This document shows positions 1 to 16,437 of a stretch of 64,000 nt of DNA, in pieces. Position numbers and translations under genes: made by a program. How positions within the stretch are numbered: position 1 is the stretch's first letter; each line of letters begins with the position of its first letter. This DNA is from the human T2T-CHM13v2.0 reference genome, Homo sapiens. The stretch is from NCBI RefSeq assembly GCF_009914755.1, contig NC_060948.1. One strand, written 5' to 3'. The notes beneath the pieces were generated by a model. The model ran no database searches. It was not told the DNA's origin and saw nothing but the letters and a program-made list of their open reading frames with translations.

Positions 1-926
1 GGTTGCAAGGGTCAAAGAAGAATATATTAATAAAGGAATCAATTAATCAAGAAGATATCATTTTAAACATATATGCAACAAACTACAGAACCCCCAAATT
101 TGTGAAAGAAATATTTACAGAACTGAAGCGAGAAATAAACAGAGTTCTACAATAATAGTTGGAGACTTCAATAGCTTACTTTAAGCAATAGATAAAATGA
201 TAAGACAGTTCAATAAAAATATAGGGGACTTGAACAACACTTAGAAAATACCTTGAAACAAACGAAAACACAACATATCAAAACTTATGGGATGCAATAA
301 AAGCAGTGTTAAAGGGAAACTTATAGCTATAAATTTATGCATTAAAGTAAAAGAAAGATTGTAAATTAATAACCTAATTTGTTAGGTCCATAAACCAACT
401 GGACCTAACAGACTTATACAGTAATTTATAACAGCAGATTAGATCTTTTTCTCAAATGCCCCTGGAACATTCTCCAGGATGGATCATATATAAAAAGACA
501 AAACAAGTCCATACATTCTAAAAGACTGAAGTCATATAAATAAAATGTAAAAGATAAAAATCATAAAACTAGAAACCAATAACAGAAAGAAAATTGAAAA
601 GTTCACAAATATTTGGAAATTAAACAACACACTTTTAAACAACCAAGTGGTCAAAAAAGAAATCAAAAGGGAAATTAGAAAATACCTTGAAACAAATGAA
701 AACACAACATATCAAAACTTATGAAATGCAATGAAAGCAGTGATAAAAGGGAAATTTACAGCTATAAAATCATGCATTAAAGTAGAAGATAGATCTCAAA
801 GTAGCAACCTAATTTTCACCATAAGGGTCTAGAAAAGGAAGAGCAAACTTTACTCAAAGCTAGCAAAAGGAAGGAAGAATAAAGAATAGAGTGAGATAAA
901 TAAAACAGAGGTTAAAAAACAGTAGA

Positions 927-1238
<312 letters not shown>

Positions 1239-2444
1239 TCAATGAAACCACAAGGTGGTTCTTTGAAAAGATCAACAAAATTAACATATGTTAGCTAGAT
1301 TGACTGATAAACAAGAGGACTCAAATTACTAAAATGGGAAATAAAAGTGATATAAAGTTTACTATCAATCTTACAGAAATAAAGATTACAAGATAATACT
1401 AGTAACAATTGTATGACAACAAATTAGTTAACCATATAAATGGACAAATTCCTAGAAGTATGCAATCTACCAAAATCAAATAAAGAAGAAATAGAAAGTA
1501 TGAATTGACCTATAACTAGTAAAGAAATTGATTCAGTACTAAAAACCTCTCAACAAGGGAAAGTCTTGGGCCAGATGGCTTCACCTATGAATTCTGCCTA
1601 ATATTTGAAGAAGAATTAAAATCAATTCTTCTCAAACTTCTTAAAAAATTGAAGACAAAGGTCAGTTCCTAATTCATTCTCTAAAGCCAGCTTTACTCTC
1701 ATACTAAAGGCAGAGAAAGATAATACTGGAAAATAAAGCTACAGATCAATATCTTAATGAATATTAATGTAAAAATCCTCAACAAAATACTAGCAAACAG
1801 AATACAGAAGCATATTAAAAGAATTATACACCATGATCAAGTGAGATTTATTCCAGGAATGCATGGAAAACAATCAATGTAATACACCACATTAACAGAA
1901 TGAGGGGGAAATAAGCCCAGCCATCTCAATTGATGCAGAAAAGCATTTGACAACATTCAACACCCTTTCATGATTAAAATACTCAATAAACCAGAAATTA
2001 AAGGTAACTTCCCTAACATGATAAAGGTCATATGTTAAAAACTCACAGCTCACATCATACTCAATGGTGAAAGCTTTTCTGCTACATGAGGAAAAGACAA
2101 GAACACTTGCTTTTGCTGTTTATATTACACATAATATTGGAAGTTTTAGGCAGAGCAATTGGGGAAAAAGGAAATAAAAGACATCAAAATTGGAAAGGAA
2201 GAAGAAAAATTATCTTTGTGGCTGACATGATTTTATATGTTAAAAAACTCTAAAGACTCCACAAAATATTCATTAGAGCTAACAAATTCAGCAAAGATGA
2301 GAGGTACAAATTCAACACGCCAAAAATCAGTTGTATTTCTGTATACAACAATAAGCAATATTAAAGGAAATTAGAAAACAATTCCATTTACAATAACACC
2401 AAAATAAATAAAATACTTAGGAATAAATTTAACCAATTGCTTCT

Positions 2445-2805
<361 letters not shown>

Positions 2806-3316
2806 TTAAACAAATTAATGAATTGAAAGACGTTTCCTGTTCATGAATTGGAAAACTTCATATTGTTAAGATGACAATACTACCCAAAGCAATCTACAGA
2901 TTCAACGCAATTCCTATCAAAAAGCCAATGTTATTTTGCAGAAATAGAAAAACGCATCCTAAAATTCAGAGTCTCAAGAGACCTCTAAAAGATAAACATA
3001 AGCTTGAAAAAGAGGAACAAATTGGAGTACTCTCAATTCCTGATTTCAAAACTTATTACAGAGCTATAGTGATCAAAAGAATGTTGTCCAGGCACAAGGG
3101 CAGACATACAGACTGATGAAATACAGCCAAGAAATAAACCTTCACGTATATAGTCAATTGATTGTCAACAATGGTGCAAAGCCCGTTCAATTGGGTAAGG
3201 TTCATCTTTGGAATAAATGATGCTGCAAAAAAATGAATATCCAAATGCAAAAGAATGAAGTTGGACTTTTACCTTACAACACATACAAAAACTAATCTAA
3301 AATAGATCCAAGTCCT

Positions 3317-3612
3317 GGCTGGGCTCGGTGGCTCACGCCTGTAATCCCAGCACTTTGGGAGGCCGAGGCGGGCAGATCATGAGGTCAGGAGATCAAGACC
3401 ATCCTTGCTAACACAGTGAAAACCCGTCTCTACAAAAAAATACAAAAAAATTAGCCTGCGCAGTGGCGGGCGCCTGTAGTCCCAGCTACTCAGGAGGCTG
3501 AGGCAGGAGAATGGCGTGAACTGGAAGGCGGAGCTTGCAGTGAGCCGAGATCGTACCACTACAATCCAGCCTGGGAGAAAGAGCGAGACTCCGTCTCAAT
3601 AAATAAATAAAT
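3317..3612 (+). mobile_element. AluY
   Basis: AluY diagnostics; TSD aaaatagatc(c/a)aagtcct at 3299-3316 and 3613-3630. Confidence 0.95.
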
Positions 3613-4681
3613 AAAATAGATCAAAGTCCTAAATGTAAGAGCTAAAACTATGAAACTTTGAGAAGATTAACATTCAGAACACACGAAGTACTCATAAAAC
3701 TGAACAAACACAACCAAAACCAAATAACTCAATTCAAAAATGGACAAAAGACTTATACAGGTATTTATCCAAAGAAGATACACAAATGTTAAGTAAGCAC
3801 ATGAAAAGATGTTCAACATCACTAGCTGTTAGGGAGATGATAACCAAAACCACAATGAAGTACCATTTCAGATCCGTAAGGATGACTATTATCCTAAAAA
3901 AAAATAAATAACAATGACAAGTACTTGCAAGGATGTGGTGACACTGGAACACTTGTGTGTTGCTGTTGAGAACAGAAAGTGGTGCAGCTGCTGTGGAAAA
4001 CTGTTTAGCAGTTCCTTAAAAGTTACACATAGAGTTAAGTTAAACTGTATGATCCAGCACTTCCACTTCTAGGTATACACCCAAAAGAACTGAAAGCAAT
4101 GGCTCAAACGGATGCTTGTACAGCAATGTTCATAGCAATGTTACCTGCAGTACCAAAAAGTGGAAATCCAAATGTCCATCAACAGGCGAGTGGACAACAA
4201 AATGTGATCTATACATAAACGGAAAAGTATTCAGTCTTTAAAATGAGTGAAATTCAGATACATGCTACACTATAAATGAACCTTGAAAACAGCGTATTAA
4301 GTGAAGTAAGTCAGACACAATAGGACCCATACTGCATGACTCCCATTATATAGATTACCTAGAATAGGAAAATTCATAGAGACACAAAGTAGAATGGTGG
4401 TTACCAGGAGCTGGGAGGAGGGGGCTATGGGCAGTTTTTCTTAATGGGTACAGAGTTTCTGTTTCAAATGATGGACAAGTTCTGGAAATGAATAGTGGTG
4501 ATGGCTGCACAACACTGTAGATGTAGTTAATGCTACTGAATTGTACACTTAAAAATTATTAAAGTGGTAAATGTTACGTATATTTTACCACAATAAAAAG
4601 AAAGAAAATATTTTAAAAAGTGGTGTTTATTATCTGCACCAAAATGCTGATTGACATTTTAGACAACCAGTTGATTTTCCT

Positions 4682-4991
4682 TTTTCATTTCTTCTTCCTC
4701 CTCTTTTTCTTTTTTCTCCACCTCCTAGCTCACTCCCCCTGTCCCCCATCTCCTTTCCCTCCTCTCTTCCCCTTCCTCCTCCTCTCCTTCTCCTACTCCT
4801 CTTCTTCTTCTCCTCCCCCTCCTCCTCTCCATCTTCTCCTCCCCTTCCTTCTCCTCCTCCTCCTCCTTTTCATAGAGATAGGGGTCTCCCTATGCTGCCC
4901 AGGCTGGTCTTGAACCCCTGGTCTCAAGCAATTCTCCTGCCTCAGCCTCCCAAAGTGGTAGGATTACAGGTGTGAGTCACCATACCCAGCC
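4682..4991 (-). mobile_element. FLAM/Alu monomer with tail expanded into a CT-rich simple repeat
   Basis: Monomer 4871-4991; polypyrimidine tract 4682-4870; TSD ttgattttc at 4671 and 4992. Confidence 0.85.
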
Positions 4992-5066
4992 TTGATTTTC
5001 TTAATCCAATCAAATACACCATCATTTATTTTATTTAAAAAAACTATCAATAGCCCGAATAGTCAG

Positions 5067-5485
5067 TGATATAGTTTAGATATTTGTTCCCTCCAAACCT
5101 CATGTTGAAATTTGATCCCCAAATTTAGGGTTGGGATCTGGTGGGAGCTGTTGCCTCATGGAGGCAGATCACTCGTGAAAGGCTTGAGGCTATCCTCACC
5201 ATCTTCAGTGATTTCTTGTTCTATTAGCTACTGCAAGAACTGATTGTTAAAAAGAGACTAGCGCTTTCCTATTCTATTTCTCCCTCTCTTGCCATATGAT
5301 ATTCTGGCCTCCGTTTGCCTTCCACCATGAGTAGAAGCAGTTTGAAGCCCTGACAAGAAGCAGATGCTGGTGCCACACTTCTCATACAGCCTACAGAATT
5401 ATGAGCCAAATAAATCTGTTTTCTTTATACGTTATCCAGCTCCAGGTATTCCTTTATATAAAGCAACACAAAAGAGACTAAGCAA
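5067..5485 (+). mobile_element. MaLR solo LTR (MSTB-like)
   Basis: Starts tgatatagttt...ctcatgttgaaat; aataaa...gactaag end; 5-bp TSD gtcag on both sides. Confidence 0.85.
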
Positions 5486-6110
5486 GTCAGTTTATTCAAA
5501 ATAATTGACCCAGTATTTCTGTGTACACAAAGTCTGCATGTGGCAAAAAATGCCACCAAGATCCAGGGACAAATATCTTCCAATAAGATGACTATCAATG
5601 GCCTATACCACTGCAGGACTTCAATCTCAAATAGGTCATATCCTACATTTTGCAGTTTCTACAGAACCACTGAAAAATCACAGCTCAAGTGTCAGGAGCT
5701 CCAAATGCCAACTCTTTGTGTGATACGATATGGAGACACTCCTTTCAAGCCATTCCCTCCCGCCAGCCTCATCTCATGGCCAAAATTTTGTACCTTTTGA
5801 GGTGTTCTGAGTCCATGTACCTTTTGGGCTCCATTAGAGCTGCATGTTTCCTAAGTGTATGTGATTGTTTTATTAAGGCATGAGTATCAACTATCACATG
5901 GCAGCAAGCAGGTGCTTAAGGACTCAGGCAAGTGCGATATGTTTCCCAGAGGTAGAAACATGGCGAAACCAAGAAGTCCCATGGGAGAGCCCTGCTGGGA
6001 AAGGCATCAGCTAGAGGCAACATGAGAAAATACCTATGACAAACTTTGCCTTAAACAAACAAACAAAAAAATCAAAATTCAAGTGCTGGTTCTACCTCTT
6101 ATTAGCTTTA

Positions 6111-6505
<395 letters not shown>

Positions 6506-6844
6506 TCAACCTCAGATTCACTGTAGATGTACCCTTTTTCAGCATTCCTGGTGGGAATGAATTAATTCTCAAACAAACAGTGCCACACAGTCTCCCAGTG
6601 GCTGAGAGTTCAACAGTGGACAAAACAAAGTTCCTGCTCTCATAGAGTGTACAGTCTACTAGAGGAGAAAATAAAAACTAGCCAATAAATACTTAACATA
6701 TCAGAGAGTGATAAGTATAGAGTGGAAAATGTGATAAATGATGGAGAATGATGGTGCTAAGCTGAGCAGAGACAGGAAGTCACAGTGAGCCACACAGATG
6801 AGCTGAGACAGTTATTAAGACAGTTACTTGCTAGCTGAAGCTAG

Positions 6845-7165
<321 letters not shown>

Positions 7166-7504
7166 AACTTCTTTAATTGTGTTTACTCACCATCCAATTC
7201 TCTGAAGGTGGATCATTTCAGGTAGAGGGAACCTGAGTTGAGCCAAAGACCCTGCAGTGAGGAGACAGCTTGATGTGTCTGAGGAATGGCCATGGAGCAA
7301 AAGAGGGAAGATTTATGGAGCTAGGGCCAGAGAGGTGGCAGAGCCAGATCCCACAGTGCCCTGAGGGCCATTGTTGGACTCTGGAGTCCTCTGAGTGAAA
7401 ATGATGCATTTGGAGGGTTGCAAGCAGAAAAGGCACATGAATTTTCCAAGGTTTTGGCAAGACCCCTCTGGTTGTTGGAGGGAGAATGATACTTGAGATG
7501 AGCG

Positions 7505-8291
<787 letters not shown>

Positions 8292-8375
8292 GATTGTAAG
8301 CTATTTCAAGAATGCAGGGAACTACTGCCTTGAATAACTATCTTAGACATTTATTCTTGAATAATGCACATTCTG

Positions 8376-8379
<4 letters not shown>

Positions 8380-8430
<51 letters not shown>
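8380..8430. repeat. (TA)n microsatellite
   Basis: Direct reading. Confidence 0.95.
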
Positions 8431-8594
8431 TACTTCATTTAAATCTTACAAAAACTGTGTTCCAGGTAGGTATAACCATCATCCCTGCTTTATAGCTAAT
8501 GAATTTGAAAATTAAAGCTTTTCTAAAATCATATAGTTTCTATGCAAAAGAGCTGGACTTTGCACCCAGACCTGCTTAACGTATCCCAACGCTT

Positions 8595-8725
8595 TTTTCT
8601 TTGCTTTTTAAGAGACAGGTTCTCGCTATGTTGCCCAGGCTGGTCTCCAACTCTTGGGCTCAAACAATCCTCCCACCTCAGCCTTCTGAGGAGCTGGGAC
8701 TACGGGGGCAAGCCACTGTGCCAAG
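8595..8725 (-). mobile_element. FLAM Alu monomer
   Basis: 'gagacaggttctcgctatgttgcccaggctggtctccaactcttgggctcaa'. Confidence 0.8.
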
Positions 8726-9356
8726 CTCCCCATGCCTTTTCTACTGCACTATGCCACTGCAATAATAGAAGCAAGAACAAAACGTAGTAATTTTTGTAAA
8801 GGTTTTTTAAATCTGTTGGGATGTAAGAGGTAGGGAGGGCAGGAAAGCCTAGAATTCTTCTGCCATGAGTTGATTTTCCAGCAAGATTGTAAAGAACAAT
8901 GTAAGAGCTCTGCAAAGAAATTAACCTGACTTCCTGGCACACTACATTTCAGACAATTACATAATGTTGAAAGTCATTAACAATGGTGCTCTGCAAGCAT
9001 AATTGTTATTTACATCAATGTTCTTATGGTAACAGACCACAGAATTAAAGCTTTCTGGACAGCAAGCCAGACATGAAACAAAAATGGGGAATGAATATAT
9101 AAATACATATTTTCCTTTGACCTATTTCTAACAAGCTATTTATTGGTTATTTCAATAGAAAATTCCATTAAGGATTTTCTTCCCCCACAGACTTTCCACT
9201 TTTTTCTTTCTGCCTAACAAACCCTTTGACTCTAATTCACTCTTCTTTAATGCATTCAGGCTTTAGACTGTAGTGCTCCCCAAATCAGATCCAATAATGC
9301 CTCAGTCACTCATTTTCAGAGCCTTCCTAATTAGGACACTTATCTCCTCTCCACAG

Positions 9357-9407
9357 AAATGCACCATTAGTGCGCTTGTTTCTTTTCCCATCGAGGAGGC
9401 AACACAG
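9357..9407 (+). other. Candidate 51-nt internal exon (probably non-coding)
   Basis: Branch-like cctaat (9326), pyrimidine tract and CAG acceptor at 9356; consensus donor CAG|GTGAGT at 9407/9408. Confidence 0.35.
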
Positions 9408-9676
9408 GTGAGTTTGTGGGCAATCTGGCCAGAGCTCCAGCTAGATGGCTGCTGCAGAGCAAAGCAGTGTTCTTGTTTGGAGGACTAGGGAGGGGGTTTT
9501 GTGTTTCTTCTTTTGCGTGACATTGCTTATGCTGTAAGCATACAGTAAAGTTTATGAAAAAGCCCTACCTATTGCTGCTCTTCAATTTACCTATTTCTAC
9601 TATAAAGAGAATTTGGGGTAAAGGGAGAACTCTAAATCTCAGGGACAGGGGTTCTGTAGTTTGAAAAATCACTATG

Positions 9677-10001
<325 letters not shown>

Positions 10002-11749
10002 TCACTCCTGCTGTAAAGTAATTACCATTCTTAAAAATTAGAGGCCAACTTGACTGAATTCATGGAGATGGGTTCTTTGAGGATTTCTTTGTGGGAGCAA
10101 GGGGTCATGATGTAGCATCTCCCTGATGCTCTTATGGAAACAATTTGCAAAGTTTCCCCATCACAGCCAGAGAGGTGCACAGTGTTCCCAGAGCTATCAG
10201 AGTGACCAAGCAGAAGTCTGCAGCTCTATCACCCTGAGTGGCTTCCTTCCTTGATCATAGAAGACACCCCTGATGCTCCAGGTGGGTAGAAATATTGAAA
10301 CTCACTACCTCCTCCCCAAAGTAAACTCAGTCTTGAGAAAGAGATCAGTCTTCCGAGTTGGACTTAGACCAAACTGTAAACAAATCCTTCTAAAAGGTCT
10401 CAACTTTCAGTTCTAAGAAAATAGAAAGCTACAACCTAACAGAAATCTAAGCAACAGAAAAGCTCAATTTTATGTGTCTTAAAAGAAGTCTTAAGCCCAC
10501 AACTCATTGGAATACAATGGATTCGTTCTGCTCTTCTCTTCTCTTGTTCACTGGACTTGAAAGAGGAGGGAAAATGGTAATTACCTCACGGAGCCTGTGC
10601 TTTAAAGGGCAGAACTGTGTCACCTTAGGTCTGGCAGGAGCCAGTAGCAGGCTGCATCTATTAACATATTTTAGTTAAAGGAGATTCCTTCCTAGAGGGA
10701 CAGCCAGTGGAAAGATGCTTTAACTTTTCATTTTTAATACATGACTGGTTTCCACAGAGACCAAGGTAAAGCTGCTACACAGATTTTTCTTGGAGCAGCC
10801 AGGTGACATCTTTATGCCTGAGGGGTACTCTTTGTGCCTCCTTTTCTGTCTACTGCCCTTGTTGCAACTCTCCCAAGGGCCAACAGTCACTTTGCTGGAA
10901 GCTGAGAATGCAGACACCACGGGAGCAGGGCCAGCTACATAATTTGTGTGACCCAGTGCAAAATGAAAATGCAGGTTCCCTGTTCAAAAAGGAGGACAAA
11001 AGTGCTGTTAAAGTTGCTAAAATGCTTTCCTTTTCCTTCCACAGTCTTTTTCTCTCTCACTTGTCATGATGCTTTTTCTTTGCAATTGAATTTTGTTGTA
11101 AGTAGAACAAAATTGAAATTTCAAATTAAACAGAAGATTTTACTATTTACCTTTATAGGGTTCATCTTTAGAATGCCAGTTGTATGTGCGAACATAAGAG
11201 CATTTAATTAAGGCAGAATCACAGAAATTACCCAATTTCTATTTTATGGCTCATACATACATAGGTATTTTGTCTTACCAGGATGGTGGTAATGCTGCAC
11301 AAAGCCAACTCAGCTGTCTCTTTTCCACCTATTGATCGTGCACATATTCTACCAAAGCACTCTATCTTCAACTTACTGATGGTTGAGGAAGAACTAAAAG
11401 GAAAAGGAACAATGGGTTTCTCTACATTGCCTTTTCCTTCCATGTCCTCATTTTCAGCATAAGTGTTTGACTAACACTGGGAAATAACACAAGCAAGTAA
11501 GAACATGATAGGGGTCCCGCATCATGCTTGTTTCTTAAAACTCAATTTCCTTTCTACATTGGAAGTAAATTTTGGTCCAAACAGAAAGTGTCGCTTTTTG
11601 GGACACTGAGTCATGGACCTTCACACTGTCAGAAAAAAAGGAAAATTCGAAAGAAAAAGTTTAAACAGTGGCCCAAGATGGCTTCAGTTGGGCACATGAG
11701 TAATAAAACCTAGGCCTACAAGCTAATGCTGACCTCTCGCCTGTATAAC

Positions 11750-12444
11750 TGAAACCAGCCCATTTTTCCATAGAACTAATATTTATGTTTTTTTTTAATA
11801 CAAATAGAAATTTACCCCATCCCAGAAAGCTTGAAACTTACACACTTGTCTTATCTGAGCTCCTTTCACAAGACACTGACCATCAGGCCCTCCAGAGAGT
11901 ATCAAAGAACTGAAACTTACCAGCTCACCACATCCAGACAATGAGATGCCAGACCTCACACTCATCACCATGGCCTAACCGACTACCTGCTTCCCATTGA
12001 CCAGCTCCTCTTCCTTATCTCTCCCTAATTCTTGTTTCCCCTACATAGTTACATTCCTTCCTCATTCTACAAACCCCTAATTTTAGTCAATTAGAGAGAC
12101 AGATCTGAGATTTATCTCCATCTCCTGGCTGATGTCACCTGCATTAAAGCCTTTCTTCCCTGGAAATATGGCCAGACACCATGGCTCATGTCTATAATCT
12201 CAGCCAACTGGGAGGCCAAGGCAGGAGGACAGCTTGAGCTCAGGATTTCAAGGCTGCAGTGAGCTACGATTGCACCACTGCACTCCAGCCTGAGTGACAG
12301 AGTGAGATCCCATTAAAAAAAAAGAAAGAAAGGAAAAGAAAAGAAAAAGAAAGACAGAGAGAAGAAAGACAGAAAGAAAGAAAGAAAGAAAGAAAGAGAA
12401 AGAAAAAGAAAGAAAGAGAGAGAAAGAAAAGAAAGAAAGAAAAA

Positions 12445-12502
<58 letters not shown>

Positions 12503-12605
12503 AGAGAAAGGGAAAGGGAGAAAGAAAGGAAAGGAAAGAAAGAAAGAAAGACAGACACAGTGTCTTTCAACCAGAGCTTGGCCGAACCCCTGGCAATCAG
12601 CAACA
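11750..12605 (+). mobile_element. ERV1 solo LTR (LOR1a-like)
   Basis: tgaaaccagccc..catagaact..gaaacttaccag..attaaagcc..ccgaacccctggc..aaca; flanks taac/taat. Confidence 0.7.
12170..12550 (+). mobile_element. FLAM_C monomer with long (GAAA)n tail
   Basis: Monomer 12170-12314; GAAA/GGAA array to ~12550. Confidence 0.85.
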
Positions 12606-14737
12606 TAATTGGAGTTTATTAAATATTTCACTGGCAGATACTGGTTGTAATCCTGTTTATCAGATGTAGAACAAAGACCAGATGATATCAATCACCCTCC
12701 ACCAGACCCTAAAAGGCCTACACAGTCATTAACTTTCTCCCTACCCACTTAAACACACAGTTACCTTATTTTATGTATATAGTCACTGAACACCGATCAG
12801 AATCACAAGAACGTAACTGCTGCTCCACTATCTGCCTTTGGTGCTACACATATCCCCCTGTTAGAAAATGTCATATGTACCCTGTGCCTCATTTAACCTA
12901 CTTCAGGACATAGACTCAGTCTCTGCTGAGTCTGTTGCTCTCAGGTTGAGCACATCTGTTCAAGAACAGATCTGTGATTTCTGTAAGTTCTGGCGTGTTA
13001 TTCGACTTTAGGTGGAAACTATTTACCTTGTACTCACTTTGGGTCTCATGAACAGCCACGCTGCATAAGTCAACTGCAGTTCTATGCTCGCACAGTATTG
13101 CAAATGCTATATGCTCACATGGCGGTGCACAACAGTGGACATGCGTATTATGCATCTGTCCTTGGTTCATGCTCCATTGTCCCATCAGACTGCACTTACA
13201 AAACACACAATCAAAGATAAAATTGTAAGGAATTTCAAGACGGTGTCAGCAGATCATTAAACTCCACTGGTAGAGCTTTTCAGAGCACCTGGTCTTGTTT
13301 GACTAGACAGGCCCAAGCAAACAGCCCTGAGTTGGATGATCTGGGCTGTAATTTTGATTCTTCCCCTCAGTTTATAAAGTACCTATTGAAAACTCGGTTT
13401 TCTCCTCTGTACTATTAAGGCAGAACATTAGCTCCAAGGTGCCTTGATATAAAAACTATGCTTCTGGACTGATGGCCAACCCAAGCCTGAGAACTGGTTT
13501 AAATGGCTCAGTACAGAGAACCTGAGGGAGCCAATGATCCATATTCCATTTTACCAGCTGGACATTGAAGAACTTGACTCACATTTACACATTCTCTCCC
13601 ACATCCAACTCCTAGTACAGCTCAGTTTGACAAACTTGCCTGACATAAGAACCCTCTGGACTATTTGTAGGATCCCAAGCCCCTTCCCCCACTCCCTATT
13701 CTCCAAGGATCACATTCAATAGCTATTCTTACCCTTGGGCAAATTTCAGAAAGCTGGTCTTCTAATTTAAAATCTCTTGCAGTAAGCAATAGAAAATCAT
13801 TTAAAAGATGCCCGTTTTAACCAAAAGCTGACATCTCGTCTAACCAAGAGACTGATCATTCAGTTTGGCATTCATAGGACCCCCTCAATATGCGTGATGT
13901 GTAGGGCAAAAGAAGACAGGCTCGAGGTGGGCAAAGTCACAGTGGCAGAAGTGAGGATCACTTATTAGCAGGACAGTAAGGAGACCACCTGCCTCAGGAG
14001 GGAGTTCAAGGTGAAGAAAAACCTCAAACTGCAGTCACAGAGTACGTATCAAAGCACGCTGTCACCCAAACTAGCCTCTGGCATTAGCAGTTTAAAAGCC
14101 TGGAAAGGAAAGCTTGAATTTCAATCAAAACAAAACTCAAGTGAATTTTCTTACAGGTAAACCTGCTACACAGTCTAATTGCTCAGTTTCTTTTTCCCTC
14201 TTCTTGACTTACAGTGCAGGCAAAAGCTGCTCTGTCTAAAACTGTCAGGACGATTCAGGCAAAATTTAAGATCTTCAGTGGAGCCAAATCAGTAAAGTTG
14301 GTTTTTTAGTTCCCGCATCTAAAGACTGAGATTGGTTGACTGAATATTTCACTATGAAACCAACTGTAGAGACCTCATGTACACACAGCTTAAGATTATT
14401 CTTTGCTACCATGGGTAATGCCTCCAGAATACTGAAACCTATTTCTAAGAAATCAATATCAAAAAATGAAAAGAACAGTGATGGAGTATTCCCCAACACA
14501 CAGTGCCTGATCGAAGTACAGATAGACTTGGAAGTTGATCAGTGCCTGAAACAGGAACTGTGGCTACCCAGCATCCCCAGCTAATGATTCTATCTGAAGT
14601 CATGTCACAGAAACCACTGTAAGAATACTTCCTACCAACTTGGCAATAGAGATGGTGTTTGTTCCTTACATGAAAAAGAGCTATGCTGTCCAAGAGCCAA
14701 GTGTGTGTTCTGTGAGTTAAGAAATGGGTAGGTGGTA

Positions 14738-15148
<411 letters not shown>

Positions 15149-16131
15149 GTAATGGGTGGGTGGGTCATTAAAAAAAACATGCAGAGAGAGAGGGAGAAAA
15201 AAGACTCCCTAAGCAAACTTTGTGTGTACGTGTGCATGGTGAGGATAAAACTCATGAAGATAAAATTCACCCAGTGAAATTCTAATTGTTATTATTAGCA
15301 CAGCTTTACCTTTTACATAGAATGGTAACTCCTTTTGCACCTCGTGTTTTTTCCTAGAGAAGAGAAAATTAGCAGTTTTGCTGTCAGAATTACAGCTGCA
15401 GCAGTTTTGGTCATTCATGCCACAAGGTTTGACCTTCATTCACCTATGTACTGACTAAAAGCTGAAATGTATGGGAAGCAGAAACTCATAATAAAAAGAG
15501 AAGCTTATTGTTATAGCTTGGCTTTATTATATTCCCCAAAGAATGAAAGTTATTCTCTCACTAAATTTCTGCAGTTTGGTTTTAGTATTAAATATTAAAT
15601 AAATATTATTAATTTACAAATACTGATTTTGGCAGAAACTTGCACAGCCTCAGACTTAGCCTACATTCAAATCTGCTGATTTTGCTCTGAGTTTGTTCTT
15701 TTGGAGAATAATGTTACATGACTGCATTTATTGTATTTCTGGGCTTCTAGTAGCAGCCTAAATCCTTAAAGTAATTAAAGTTTAAAGTGCCCTGCCAACA
15801 GCTGTAGGATGATTTCCCCATTCAATGCTTGAATTTCACCTCAAGTCATAACAAAGTTTCCTATCCCTGCCACTGCTCTTTTGACAATAGGGGTGGCTCA
15901 ATATTTTAACAAATAAATATTAAGCACCTATTATGTGGCAGGTGCTATTTTTAAACACTAAATCCTTTAAACAAATGATAAACAAATTAGATAAAGTCTG
16001 TTTCATTCAGTGAAGGGAAGTGAAATAAAAGAGCAAAAAAATTAGTTAATTTCATATAGTCACAAATGCTAAGATAAAAGTAATATAGGATGATACCTGC
16101 AGTGATTCTCAAACATGTTCAGTTGACAGTG

Positions 16132-16395
16132 GGCCAGGCGCAATGGCTCACGCCTGTAATCCCAGCACTGTGGGAGGCCGAGGCAGGTGGATCACCTGAG
16201 GTCAGGAGTTTGAGACCAGCCTGACCAGTATGGTAAAACCCCATCTCTACTAAAATTACAAATATTAGGTGGGAGGCTGAGGCAAGAGAATTGCTTGAAC
16301 CCAGGAGGCGGAGGTTGTAGTGAGCCGAGATAACACCACTGCACTCCAGCCTCGGAGATAGAGCAAGACTCCATCTCAATAAATAAATAAATACA

Positions 16396-16430
<35 letters not shown>

Positions 16431-16437
16431 AATAAAA
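16132..16437 (+). mobile_element. AluS with internal deletion and (AAAT)n tail
   Basis: Start of the right arm is missing after the linker. Confidence 0.9.

Larger units (their letters stand above)
11628..13020 (+). mobile_element. Unassigned LTR-like element hosting the LOR1-like LTR
   Basis: TG start and LTR-like sequence on both sides of the inner LTR; family and boundaries not certain. Confidence 0.4.
10926..13329 (-). mobile_element. hAT-Tip100 DNA transposon (MER45 family), split by nested LTRs
   Basis: Ends 'cagggccagctacataatttg..cccagtgcaaaatgaaaatgc' and 'gaatttcaagacggtgtcagcaga..cagccctg' match MER45 termini. Confidence 0.75.

Noticed and set aside
12248-12691. Phe/Leu/Ser-rich 'membrane-like' ORFs (also 4620, 47630, 59661)
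   Set aside because: They are translations of microsatellites.
14275-14693. 74-82 aa ORFs in unique sequence
   Set aside because: No similarity to any protein I recognise and no consistent coding exon structure.
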